Shown piece after piece: positions 43,825 through 53,026 of a DNA stretch of 64,000 bases. The stretch is from the NCBI GenBank assembly GCA_965203995.1, contig OZ241962.1, forward strand, positions 1,092,782 to 1,156,781, in the 5' to 3' direction. A model generated the notes under the pieces. That model had not been told where the DNA came from. It searched no databases and saw nothing but the letters and a program-made list of their open reading frames with translations. The translations under genes were made by a program, and so were the position numbers. The stretch is from Dehalococcoidia bacterium (GTDB taxonomy: Bacteria > Chloroflexota > Dehalococcoidia > Bin125). The first letter of the stretch is position 1; each line of letters begins with the position of its first letter.

Positions 43825-44863
43825 CGCCGCGCACCCGCAGGTAGGACTTCAACTCTCGGATCTCCTGCTCCAGCTCTTCGATCTGCCGCCGCCGGATCTG
43901 CTCCTGCAACGACACGAATCGTTCCTGCTCCTGGGCTGTCAGACTCGACACGCCGTCGATCCGATCGCCCAGCGACGCCACGGCGCGCTCGCGCCGCGCA
44001 TCGCGCGCGCGAAGCTGCTCCCCCATTCGTTCGATGTTGCCAATTCGCTCCTCGATCGCCTCAAAACCACGCTGAACCGACGAGACAACTGCTTTGGACG
44101 CGTCCAGAGCCTGCAGCGATTCCTCCACACGGCCGCGCAGCGCCTCCACGTTCGTGCTCAGATCCTCCCACTGCTCGGCCGTCTCCTGCACGCGCCGCAA
44201 GCTCTGATACGACAGCTCCAGCCGCTCGGTCAGACTGCCCACCTGACGCTCAAGCGAATCTACTCGCGTCTCCAGCGCGCTGCCGTCGCTCGCCGACCGC
44301 CGGATCCCGTCCGCGTTCGCCGAGATCCGCGCGCCCAGCGCTACCTGGCTATTCTCGATCTGCGACATACGGTGCGCGGTCTCGCCGCTCTCCGCGTTGA
44401 CTCGGCGGATCGACTCGTCGAACACTTCCAGCCGCTCGCGCAAATCGTTCAGCGCCTTTTCGCTCGCCTGCAGCCGCCGCAGCGAATCATTACCCGACTC
44501 ACGCACCCCATCGAGTTCCTGCCGCGCCTGGCGGACCGACGCGTCCACCAGCTCCCGATGCTCGGCCAGATCGGCGTTGAACCGGTTCATCCGCTCGCGC
44601 AGGTTTTGTAGCTCGTCGAGCTGGCGCGCGGCCGCGCCGATCTCAGCGGACAGCGACAGCGCCTTCCCCTCCAGCTCGCGCATGCGCTGATCCAGCGCGT
44701 CAATCTCCCGCTCCTCGCGCACCCGCGACTGCGCCAACTCGGCCGTTCTGCTCTGCAGGCCGGTCAGCGACTCCTCGAAGCGCAGCCAGCGCCCTTCACT
44801 ACCCTCGCCCGGGTTACTGGTCGTCACGGCCGTCCTCGATCCGCAGCCGCACGCCCAATTCAA
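43817..44863 (-). CDS. Coiled-coil protein of unknown function (inserted between hom and thrC)
   Basis: 348 aa, almost entirely heptad-like E/R/L/Q-rich sequence (e.g. [26 protein letters not shown]). Overlaps thrC start by 8 nt and hom end by up to 50 nt. Confidence 0.6.
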   Translation of the reverse strand: MNWACGCGSRTAVTTSNPGEGSEGRWLRFEESLTGLQSRTAELAQSRVREEREIDALDQRMRELEGKALSLSAEIGAAARQLDELQNLRERMNRFNADLAEHRELVDASVRQARQELDGVRESGNDSLRRLQASEKALNDLRERLEVFDESIRRVNAESGETAHRMSQIENSQVALGARISANADGIRRSASDGSALETRVDSLERQVGSLTERLELSYQSLRRVQETAEQWEDLSTNVEALRGRVEESLQALDASKAVVSSVQRGFEAIEERIGNIERMGEQLRARDARRERAVASLGDRIDGVSSLTAQEQERFVSLQEQIRRRQIEELEQEIRELKSYLRVRGDD

Positions 44864-46121
44864 TCAGGCTGCTCGAGTGGGCCAGCTTGTCGAGCACCCG
44901 GTCGATCGCCCCATCGGTACAGGCATGAGTCGTCACGATCAGATCCGCCGACCGGCTGCGCTCGGGGTGCGGAGTCTGCAACACCGAAGCGATGCTCACG
45001 CTCTCGGCGGCGAACACCGCTCCCAGCTCCGCCAGCACCCCGGCCCGGTCGGGAACCTCCAGCCGCAGATATGCGGGTACGCAGATGTCTTCGAGCGAAG
45101 CCAGCAGCGGCGACGACTCCAGTCGTCGCTGTTGGCGCGGCTGCTGGCTTGACGCCATGCGGCCGGCGACGTCCAGGATGTCCGCCACCACCGCGCTCGA
45201 TGTCGCGCCCGACCCCGCGCCCGCTCCTTCCAGCATCACCGAACCAATCAGATCGCCCGACACCGACACCGCGTTCAGTACGCCCTCCACGCCGGCCATC
45301 GGATCCTCGAGCGGCACCAGCGTCGGATGCACGCGTAGGTCAAGCCCGGTCGGCGTACGCCGAGCTGTCGCCAGCATTCGGATCGCATAGCCCAGATCGC
45401 GCGCGTGGACGAAGTCCCGCGCCGCCAGCGAACGAATACCCTCGCGGTACACGTCGTCCGGCGCGACCTCCGCGTGAAACGCCAACGATGCCAGGATCGC
45501 CAGCTTGTACGCCGCATCGATCCCGTCCACGTCGTTGGTCGGATCGGCCTCGGCGTAGCCGAGTCGCTGGGCATCACCCAGGGCGTCGGCATAACTCAGC
45601 CCGTCGCGAGACATCGCCGTGATCATGTAGTTCGTGGTGCCGTTGATGATCGCCCGAACTGACGACACCTCATTCGCCTGCAGTTCCCGCTGCAACACTC
45701 CGATGATCGGGATCCCGCCGCCCACACTCGCCTCGTAGCGCAGTTCCACCCCCCGCGACTCGGCCAGCGACAACAGCGCCGACCCTCGCTTGGCCATCAC
45801 TTCCTTGTTGGCGGTCACTACCGACTTGCCAGCCGACAGCGCCGCCTCGATACACTCTGAGGCTGGCGTCTCCCCGCCCATGAGTTCCACGATGATGTCG
45901 AGATCGTCGCGCGTCGCCACCTCCGCAGGGTCGGTAGACAGCGACAGCCCATTCGCCGCTAACGCCGACCGCGACGACACGTCTCGCACCGCCGCCGCGC
46001 GGACTTCCAACCCGCGGCCGCAGCGTTGTTCGTAAGCCTGCGCATTCGCTTGCAACGCCTCTAGGACGCCGCCTCCGACGACCCCCAGTCCCAGCAAGCC
46101 AATGCCCAGCGACTCACCCAT
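44814..46121 (-). CDS. hom: Homoserine dehydrogenase
   Basis: [23 protein letters not shown]-binding region. C-terminal ACT domain. 435 aa. Confidence 0.9.
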   Translation of the reverse strand: MGESLGIGLLGLGVVGGGVLEALQANAQAYEQRCGRGLEVRAAAVRDVSSRSALAANGLSLSTDPAEVATRDDLDIIVELMGGETPASECIEAALSAGKSVVTANKEVMAKRGSALLSLAESRGVELRYEASVGGGIPIIGVLQRELQANEVSSVRAIINGTTNYMITAMSRDGLSYADALGDAQRLGYAEADPTNDVDGIDAAYKLAILASLAFHAEVAPDDVYREGIRSLAARDFVHARDLGYAIRMLATARRTPTGLDLRVHPTLVPLEDPMAGVEGVLNAVSVSGDLIGSVMLEGAGAGSGATSSAVVADILDVAGRMASSQQPRQQRRLESSPLLASLEDICVPAYLRLEVPDRAGVLAELGAVFAAESVSIASVLQTPHPERSRSADLIVTTHACTDGAIDRVLDKLAHSSSLIELGVRLRIEDGRDDQ

Positions 46122-46897
46122 CAGGCGCCGGATTCCTCGTCCGCCGGCGGGTCCGCCGTTTCCTGCGGCGCGTCCATCGCTTCAGCAGCTTCCGTTGTTT
46201 CGGTTGGCTCCTCGGTCGAAGCCACGCTGGGCGCCGGCTCCGCCGCTTCCTGCGGTGCGTCCGTCGCTTCAGCAGCTTCCGTTGTTTCGGTTGGCTCCTC
46301 GGTCGAAGCCACGCTGGGCGCCGGTTCCGCCGCTTCCTGCGGCGCGTCCGTCGTTTCAGCGGCTTGCGTTGTTTCGGTTGGCTCTGCAGCTGGGACGACC
46401 GTGGCCGACTCCAATATCTCCGCCACCGCAGCCGCAGGCGCCTCGGACGCGGCAGACTCAGCCTCGGCGCCGTCAGGCGCCGCCTCGGACGGCGGCGCGT
46501 CGTCCAACTCCGCTCGCATCGCTCGCTGCGCCATCCGCGTCACCATCCGGAACCGCGAGGTTTGGCGCATGTGCTCGGCCGTGTAGGGCAACAGCGCCAC
46601 TTGCCGGGCCCGCTTGATCTCGCGCGCAATCTTGCGCTGATCCTTGGCCGTCAATCCCGTCTTGCGTCGCGGCTCGATCCGGCCCCGATCTGAGATCAAC
46701 TTGCGCAGCCTGTCCACGTCCTTGTAGTCGATGGTCGCCACCTCTTGCGGGGTGAACACCGGCGCACGCCGCCGCCGACCACGACGCCGCGTACGCTCGA
46801 TCATCTGCGGCAGCCGCTCGCCCGCTTCGGGCGCAGGCCGGATCACCGGCGCCGGGGACGGCGCCGCCTCAATGTTCGGTTCCGGTTCAGTCGTCAT
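46121..46897 (-). CDS. rpsR: 30S ribosomal protein S18 with long tandem-repeat C-terminal tail
   Basis: Core [59 protein letters not shown]. Followed by 3x [29 protein letters not shown]. An alternative start at MIERTRRRG (46804) is possible. Confidence 0.9.
   Translation of the reverse strand: MTTEPEPNIEAAPSPAPVIRPAPEAGERLPQMIERTRRRGRRRRAPVFTPQEVATIDYKDVDRLRKLISDRGRIEPRRKTGLTAKDQRKIAREIKRARQVALLPYTAEHMRQTSRFRMVTRMAQRAMRAELDDAPPSEAAPDGAEAESAASEAPAAAVAEILESATVVPAAEPTETTQAAETTDAPQEAAEPAPSVASTEEPTETTEAAEATDAPQEAAEPAPSVASTEEPTETTEAAEAMDAPQETADPPADEESGA
46150..46395. repeat. 3x 87-bp near-perfect tandem repeat inside rpsR coding sequence
   Basis: Unit ccgccgcttcctgcggtgcgtccgtcgcttcagcagcttccgttgtttcggttggctcctcggtcgaagccacgctgggcgccgg[c/t]tc, repeated from ~46152. 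Confidence 0.9.
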
Positions 46898-46950
46898 TCG
46901 TACATCTCCTGAGAACAGTCTCCAGCGCTCATCTCAGAGCGCAGCATCGC

Positions 46951-47388
46951 CTACTCAAACGGCAAATCCCCGGCATCGGGTCCGCCGCCAGGGTCTCCAG
47001 GTCCTTCATCCCAGTTACCGCCGCCACTGTCGCCGAAATCTCCGCCCCCACCACCTCGGCCGCCCAAGAATTGAATGTCGTTGGCGACGACCTCGGTGGT
47101 GTAGCGATTGTTTCCTTCGCGGTCCTGCCACTGCCTCGTCTGCAGGCGACCTTCCACGAACACGGGGCGGCCCTTGCTCAGGTACTGTCCACAGAGCTCA
47201 GCAAGTCGCTGCCAAGCGACAATCGTGACCCACTCGGTTACCTCCTGGCGCTGCCCCTCCCGATCGGTGTAGGAGCGACTGCACGCGATCCGGAAGTTGG
47301 CGACCGCCGCTCCGTTGGCGGTAAAGCGCAACTCCGGGTCGGCGCCCAGGTTGCCGATCAACATCACCTTGTTCAGTCCAGCCATCAA
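46951..47388 (-). CDS. ssb: Single-stranded DNA-binding protein
   Basis: [22 protein letters not shown]. Gly-rich linker. Acidic tip ...DLPFE. Confidence 0.95.
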   Translation of the reverse strand: MMAGLNKVMLIGNLGADPELRFTANGAAVANFRIACSRSYTDREGQRQEVTEWVTIVAWQRLAELCGQYLSKGRPVFVEGRLQTRQWQDREGNNRYTTEVVANDIQFLGGRGGGGGDFGDSGGGNWDEGPGDPGGGPDAGDLPFE

Positions 47389-47416
47389 TGCACCCCCGCG
47401 CTCATGCGTCCGCAGG

Positions 47417-47719
47417 CTAACGGTCGCGACGGACGATCAGGTGACGCAGCACCTGCTCGTCGATCAACAGCGACTGTTCCAGCTCATCACGGCGCGAATC
47501 CGGCCCGCCGTCGTAATGCGCCAGCAGGTAATGACCCTCGTACGACTGCTTGATCGGATACGCCAGCCGGCGCCGGCCCCAATCGATCACCTCAGTCACG
47601 TCGTTGCCGTACTCGGTCAGCGTGCCGCGCAGATGCGCCATCCGCTCTTCCACCTGCTCACCCGCGACATCGGGGTGCAGCACCACCATGATCTCATACT
47701 CAGTGTCGCCCTGCGCCAT
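47417..47719 (-). CDS. rpsF: 30S ribosomal protein S6
   Basis: [18 protein letters not shown] ... [14 protein letters not shown] extends to 47767. Confidence 0.9.
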   Translation of the reverse strand: MAQGDTEYEIMVVLHPDVAGEQVEERMAHLRGTLTEYGNDVTEVIDWGRRRLAYPIKQSYEGHYLLAHYDGGPDSRRDELEQSLLIDEQVLRHLIVRRDR

Positions 47720-47763
47720 GTCTCGCTCCTCCGGTTGCGTTCGGTTGTCTGGTTCGTCTCGGC

Positions 47764-49026
47764 TCAACTGCCAATCCCGGGAATCGGGAAGCCCGACGCC
47801 AGTTCGCGCACCTCTGCGCCCACGCGCCGGTGCTCGTCCGCGTCGTCAATGTGATCCAGCACGCGGCCAATCAGTCCTGCCACCTGCGACATCTCGTCCT
47901 CGCCCATCCCCCGAGTCGTCAGCGCCGGCGTGCCGATCCTGATGCCCGACGTCACCGTGGGACGCCGCGTGTCGTAGGGAATCGTGTTCTTGTTCACCGT
48001 GATCCCCGACGCGTCCAGCGCCGCCTCCGCCGCCTTGCCGGTCAGCCCCTTGACGCCCACGTCCAGCAACAGCAGGTGATTGTCGGTCCCGCCCGAGACC
48101 ACCCGCCAGCCCTCTGATTGCAACCCAGCCGCGAGCGCGCGAGCGTTCGCCACGATCTGCGCGGCATAAGTCGCGAACTCCGGTGTCGACGCCTCCTTCA
48201 GCGCGACCGCCTTCGCCGCAATCGTGTGCATGTGCGGACCGCCCGAGGTGCCCGGGAAGATCGCGCGATCGATCGGCCGCGCCATCTCGTCGTTGGTCAG
48301 GATCAACGCCGAGCGGGGCCCGCGCAGGGTCTTGTGCGTCGTCGTCGTCACCACCGGCGCATACGGCACTGGCGACGGATGCACGCCGCCCGCGACCAGG
48401 CCCGCAATATGCGCCATGTCGACCATCAGCACCGATTCCACTGACACTGCAATCTCGGCCGCGAGAGCGAAATCGAAGATCCGCGGATAGGCCGTCGCGC
48501 CGACCACGATCACTTTGGGTCGGTGCTCGCGGGCCAACTCGGCCATGGCGTCGTAATCGATCTGTTCCGTCTCCGGATCCACCCCGTAGGACACGAACTC
48601 GAACCAGCGGCCGGAAATGTTGACCGGCAGCCCGTGCGTCAAGTGGCCGCCGTGATTCAGCTCCAGACCCATCGCGGTGTCGCCAGGCGAGAGCAGCGCA
48701 AAGTAGGCCGCAATGTTCGCCTGCGTGCCCGAATGCGCCTGCACATTCGCGTGGTCTGCGTCGAACAGCGCCTTGGCCCGTTCGATCGCCAACTCCTCCA
48801 CCACGTCCACGAACTCACAGCCGCCGTAGTAACGCTTGCCCGGATAGCCCTCGGCGTACTTGTTGGTCAGCACAGACCCCATCGCCGCCAGGACCGGCTC
48901 GGATGGATAATTCTCCGACGCGATTAGCTCCAGGCCGTCCCGCTGCCGCCCGGCCTCCCGCTCGATTGCCGAGGCGATCTCCGCATCGGCCGCATCCAGA
49001 GCAGCCCCTGCCAACGTCAGCGCCAT
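47764..49026 (-). CDS. glyA: Serine hydroxymethyltransferase
   Basis: [40 protein letters not shown] ... [12 protein letters not shown] (PLP Lys). Confidence 0.95.
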   Translation of the reverse strand: MALTLAGAALDAADAEIASAIEREAGRQRDGLELIASENYPSEPVLAAMGSVLTNKYAEGYPGKRYYGGCEFVDVVEELAIERAKALFDADHANVQAHSGTQANIAAYFALLSPGDTAMGLELNHGGHLTHGLPVNISGRWFEFVSYGVDPETEQIDYDAMAELAREHRPKVIVVGATAYPRIFDFALAAEIAVSVESVLMVDMAHIAGLVAGGVHPSPVPYAPVVTTTTHKTLRGPRSALILTNDEMARPIDRAIFPGTSGGPHMHTIAAKAVALKEASTPEFATYAAQIVANARALAAGLQSEGWRVVSGGTDNHLLLLDVGVKGLTGKAAEAALDASGITVNKNTIPYDTRRPTVTSGIRIGTPALTTRGMGEDEMSQVAGLIGRVLDHIDDADEHRRVGAEVRELASGFPIPGIGS

Positions 49027-49141
49027 CTCTCACCTATTCGCGTTCCGGAGACCCGCTCGACGCGGGCCGCCGCCGAGTCACACGCCCGACAGCACACGAA
49101 CCACGGTCGATCTCAGCTTACACGCGCTCAAGACGCCTCAG

Positions 49142-50248
49142 TCAACCAGGCAACCCCCGCCCGGCTTCCCGCCGCGTCCAGGCCGCATCGATCCCCGCCA
49201 GCATGCCACCGCTAACCAACGAGTGCCCACCCATCATCACCGTCGAATCCTCCAACATCGACACCAGTCCCCGCATCCGCTGATCTGTGATTTGCTCCGA
49301 GCAGCCGAGATCGGCCCAGAACCGGTCGCAGCGCGAGATGTCCCAGCCGAGGTGAGACTGGAACGGCCGCGTGTCCCAGATCATTGCGTCGCCCATCCCC
49401 TCCAGCGCCAGAAGAAATCCGTCCCGACCACCCCACTCGAACAGCTCGCCCAAAAGGGACCGCGCCCGGCGCCGACGGGTTCGCATGCCCCGTTCCTCCG
49501 ACAGCACCCTCACGCGACAAGAGGTGTCGCGATCCACGACCGCCCAGTCGGATCCGCTGACCCGGCCCGCAATCATCAATTCTCCGTCACGGCGGGTCAT
49601 CACGTCGAAGACCTTCAACGCTTGCTGTACCGACTCATCTAGCTCTGGCCAGTTGGATAGCGCAGCGGCGGTGGCAGCGCCAAGCTCCATCGATGCGACG
49701 CTCAATGCAGCCTTCAGCACCGTCAGGTCTGCCGGCGTATCCACGTCCAGCAGTGACCGCGCCGATCGGGCGAACGACTGAACCCTCACCTCCGTACGGT
49801 CCCGGACGAGTAAGGCAAAGCGGTTGTCGACCGGCTCACCGGCCAGGCTCTTCAAAAGCCCCCCATCCGGTACACCAATCCAGTCACATGAAAACATGCG
49901 ATTCGCCGTCGCATGTCCCGATTCGATCGTCCCGCGAACCGCCGACCAGTCTTCGGCGGTCATCGCTGGCATCCCCGAACCTGCGTAACAGACTGGTCCG
50001 GCCGTATCACCCGACGCCGTCGCCACGATGTCCCCGATCGACTGGTCCGCACGCGTCGCTTCGACCGCTAGGTCGGCAATCGATTCGCTGGCAAACACCC
50101 GCACGCGGTCGAACCCGGCTTCACGCGCGCGCGCCGCCGTATCTTGCAACACCGCACTCCGCACCTCATTGACCATCCGCACCGGAACACAGTCTTCCGC
50201 AAGTGGGCGATGGCACAGCCAGAACTCCGAGGGTCGCGTCCCCGACAT
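49142..50248 (-). CDS. Hypothetical protein with possible MobA/CofC-like nucleotidyltransferase N-domain plus uncharacterised C-domain
   Basis: DVDTPADLTVLKAAL resembles the [DN]V[DN]TPxxL motif of MobA-like NTP transferases. The ~150-aa C-terminal part has no recognisable motif. Start placed at MSGTRPSEF just after the comF stop. Confidence 0.4.
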   Translation of the reverse strand: MSGTRPSEFWLCHRPLAEDCVPVRMVNEVRSAVLQDTAARAREAGFDRVRVFASESIADLAVEATRADQSIGDIVATASGDTAGPVCYAGSGMPAMTAEDWSAVRGTIESGHATANRMFSCDWIGVPDGGLLKSLAGEPVDNRFALLVRDRTEVRVQSFARSARSLLDVDTPADLTVLKAALSVASMELGAATAAALSNWPELDESVQQALKVFDVMTRRDGELMIAGRVSGSDWAVVDRDTSCRVRVLSEERGMRTRRRRARSLLGELFEWGGRDGFLLALEGMGDAMIWDTRPFQSHLGWDISRCDRFWADLGCSEQITDQRMRGLVSMLEDSTVMMGGHSLVSGGMLAGIDAAWTRREAGRGLPG

Positions 50249-50249
50249 G

Positions 50250-50990
50250 TCAGTGCGCCCGCGCCGCTGTCCAGGCATCAACCACTCGCGCTCCGGCCGC
50301 CAGCAGCGTGCGCGCCGCCTCCGACAGAGTCGACATCGTCGTCGCCACGTCATCCACCAGCAGCACGCCGCGCCCGGCGACGCGGTCTTCCCTGGCCGCG
50401 AACGCGCCCCGTACGATCCGTGACCGATCCGCCCGTGACGCCGCCTGCGCTTGCCGCGGACCCCACCAACCCCTCCGCCTCAGGGCGGCAGCGTCCAGGT
50501 CCAGGCCCGTCCGAGATGCGACGGCCCGAGCCAGGTACTCCGCCTGGTTCCCGCCGCGCCGCCGCCGGCGCAGCAGCGGGATCGGAATCGGCACGACCAT
50601 GTCGATGTCGTCGGCGGCCCGAATCTCCCCCGACAGTTCCACCAGCTCTTCCGCCAGTCCCACGACGCCGCGATGCTTCAACGCCAGCACCGCCGCCCGC
50701 GCCGGACCGTCGTAGACAATCCCGGAGCGCAGCTCACGCACGGCCAGCGCCTTCGAATGGCACTCGCGGCAGACCGGCGAGTCCGACGCCAGCCAGCAGT
50801 GACGGCAGCGCCGACCATCTGCTTGCCGCATCAATATCCGACAAGCCAGGCAGATCAGCGAGCCCGGCGCCCCGCAGGAGACACAGTGAGACGGCAACGC
50901 AAGGTCAATCAACGCCCCTGCAGCGGCCTTGGCCAACTCGCTCGACCGATACACTGCCTTCATGAGCCTCACCGTACAACTCTTCGCCAA
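50250..50990 (-). CDS. ComF-family protein (ComFC-like phosphoribosyltransferase domain protein)
   Basis: N-terminal Cys4 (CVSCGAPG...CRHCW...CREC) and PRTase motif VLLVDDVATTMSTL. 246 aa. Confidence 0.8.
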   Translation of the reverse strand: MAKSCTVRLMKAVYRSSELAKAAAGALIDLALPSHCVSCGAPGSLICLACRILMRQADGRRCRHCWLASDSPVCRECHSKALAVRELRSGIVYDGPARAAVLALKHRGVVGLAEELVELSGEIRAADDIDMVVPIPIPLLRRRRRGGNQAEYLARAVASRTGLDLDAAALRRRGWWGPRQAQAASRADRSRIVRGAFAAREDRVAGRGVLLVDDVATTMSTLSEAARTLLAAGARVVDAWTAARAH

Positions 50991-51666
50991 CCTCGCCGAG
51001 TCCTGCGGGACGCGACAGGTCGAACTCAGCGACCTGCCTCAGCCGCTCACCGCACGGCAGGTCATGGACGCCTTCATCGGTCGCTTTCCGCATGTCGGTC
51101 CGATGCGAGACTCGATCATGTTCGCCGTCAATGCCGAGTACGTCTCGCCTGACCATCCTGTCTGCCTGGCCGACGAAGTCGCCCTGATCCCGCCGGTCAG
51201 TGGCGGGGCAACAGACGACCCATTCTTCAAAATCACTCGAGCCGAGCTCGATCCCAGCGAGTTACACGGCCTCGTGCTCTCCAATCAGGCCGGAGCGGTC
51301 TCACTCTTCCTCGGCGTCGTGCGTAACAACAACCTGGGCCGTGAGGTCGATTACCTCGAGTACGACGCTTACCCGGCTATGGCCACGAAGGTCATGCGCC
51401 AGATTGCCGGTGAGATTCGCCAGCGTTGGGACGTGCTCGAGATAGCCATGCACCACCGCATTGGACGCCTCGAGATCGGCGAAGCCTCCGTCGCTGTAGC
51501 CGTCGCCTCGGCCCACCGCTCCGAGGGCATCGAGGCCTGCCATTACGGGATCGACCGGCTCAAGGCCATCGTCCCGATCTGGAAGAAAGAAGTCTGGGCG
51601 GACGGCGAAGAGTGGATCGAAGGCTCGCTCACCCCCGCCGCGGAGATCGACGCCGCTTCTGATTGA
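50962..51666 (+). CDS. Molybdopterin synthase MoaD-MoaE fusion protein
   Basis: ThiS/MoaD-like N-domain ending ...EVALIPPVSGG. MoaE-like C-domain HRIGRLEIGEASVAVAVASAHRSEGIEACHYGIDRLKAIVPIWKKE. Confidence 0.8.
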   Translation: MSLTVQLFANLAESCGTRQVELSDLPQPLTARQVMDAFIGRFPHVGPMRDSIMFAVNAEYVSPDHPVCLADEVALIPPVSGGATDDPFFKITRAELDPSELHGLVLSNQAGAVSLFLGVVRNNNLGREVDYLEYDAYPAMATKVMRQIAGEIRQRWDVLEIAMHHRIGRLEIGEASVAVAVASAHRSEGIEACHYGIDRLKAIVPIWKKEVWADGEEWIEGSLTPAAEIDAASD

Positions 51667-53026
51667 TCACCATCGCCGGCTGATCGGTCCGATAGTCCTT
51701 CGCCTTGACGTACTGCACAGTGCCCCGCTGACTATCCAGCAAGCGCGACGCCAGCCTTGGGTCCAAACTCTCAGGCGCCACGTTTGTCGTGATCAACGTT
51801 GGCGCTCGACGCAGGTATCGCGAAGCGCAGAGCTGGTACAGCTTCTCGCTCGCCCACTCCGTTGACTGGTGAGCCCCCAAGTCGTCCAGCACGAGCAGAT
51901 CGACATCCTTGAGCCAGGCGAAGATCGCCTCGAACGACGCCTCCCCTTCGTCGCGATACGAAGCGCGCAGCGCATCCAGCAGCTCCGGTACCACGGCGAA
52001 GCAGACGCGGTCGCCGGCGGCAAGCCGGTCGTTCGCCGCAGCCGCCGCCAGGTGCGTTTTACCCACGCCGGTGCCGCCGATCAAGGTCATCCAGCCCGCC
52101 GGCTGCTCTGCCCAGGCCACCACTAGCGACTTCGCACCAGGCAGATTCTCCGCGTCGCCACGGCCGCCTAGCCCCTGCTCGCGGAAGTTGTCGAACGTGT
52201 ACTGGGCAAGCACCAACTCCGACATCCCGCCGTACTCCCGATAACGCGCTCCCGGCGACGACTCAGCCAGCTCCAGTCGCGCGACGTCGAGCGTCAGGAA
52301 TGATTGCAAGCCGATCGCCGACAGGTCGGCCGTCTCCGCCACCAACACTGTCCGGCGACCGGTGTTGCGCCGGTGGTTGAGCAACTGGAACAGCTTCTCG
52401 CGAGCCCAGTCGGTGGGCGAGATGCAATCCAGGTCGTCCAGGATCAGGAACGGCGCGTCGCGCACGTGCTCGAACAGCAAAGCGAACGAGAAGTCGCCCC
52501 CGCTTGATGCGTTCATCGCCGCACGCAGCCGATCCAGCAGATCGGCGGTGACGAAGTACAGCGCCGCCCGTCCTTCCGCGATCCGTCGATTCGCCATCTC
52601 CGCCGACAACCGCGTTCGTCCCGATCCCGCGGCCCCAGTCAACACCAGCCAGCCCGGTTCCTCGTCGGGCGCGTCGGCGAAGGCGCAGGCCGCCGCCGCA
52701 GACTCGCTTGACGTATCTGCAGCGTCCAAGCGCGCGTCCGAAAGCGGACCGAGATTGCTCAGACGCTGCAGGCGTGCCGCCTCCCTCGCTTCCTGTTCCA
52801 GACGCCGGCACTCGCAGGGCTGCACGCGACCGAACTCTGGATCGCCGACCGGCCGTGATACGCGCACATAGCCCGCTCCGCCACAGATGTCGCAGTCAGC
52901 AGAGCCGTCACGCGTCCAGAGGGAGTCGTCGCGCTCCAGCTCCTCTTCAGTCTCGGAAGAGGTGCCGGTAGCGCGACGACTCCAGTCCGCCAGCAGCGGT
53001 CCCAGCCGTTGCATCTCCGCCATCGC
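51629..53026 (-). CDS. Tandem AAA+ DnaC/DnaI(IstB)-like helicase loader with N-terminal Cys-rich module
   Basis: N-terminus CDICGGAGYV...QPCEC. Domain 1: LVLTGAAGSGRTRL (Walker A K->R) and FLILDDLD. Domain 2: YTFDNF...LIGGTGVGKTHLAAAAA and LLVLDDLG. Track ORF to 53239. Start chosen at 53026 (M72) or 53014 (M75), overlapping the dnaD-like gene by ~70-80 nt. Confidence 0.7.
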   Translation of the reverse strand, partial: AMAEMQRLGPLLADWSRRATGTSSETEEELERDDSLWTRDGSADCDICGGAGYVRVSRPVGDPEFGRVQPCECRRLEQEAREAARLQRLSNLGPLSDARLDAADTSSESAAAACAFADAPDEEPGWLVLTGAAGSGRTRLSAEMANRRIAEGRAALYFVTADLLDRLRAAMNASSGGDFSFALLFEHVRDAPFLILDDLDCISPTDWAREKLFQLLNHRRNTGRRTVLVAETADLSAIGLQSFLTLDVARLELAESSPGARYREYGGMSELVLAQYTFDNFREQGLGGRGDAENLPGAKSLVVAWAEQPAGWMTLIGGTGVGKTHLAAAAANDRLAAGDRVCFAVVPELLDALRASYRDEGEASFEAIFAWLKDVDLLVLDDLGAHQSTEWASEKLYQLCASRYLRRAPTLITTNVAPESLDPRLASRLLDSQRGTVQYVKAKDYRTDQPAMVINQKRRRSPRRG

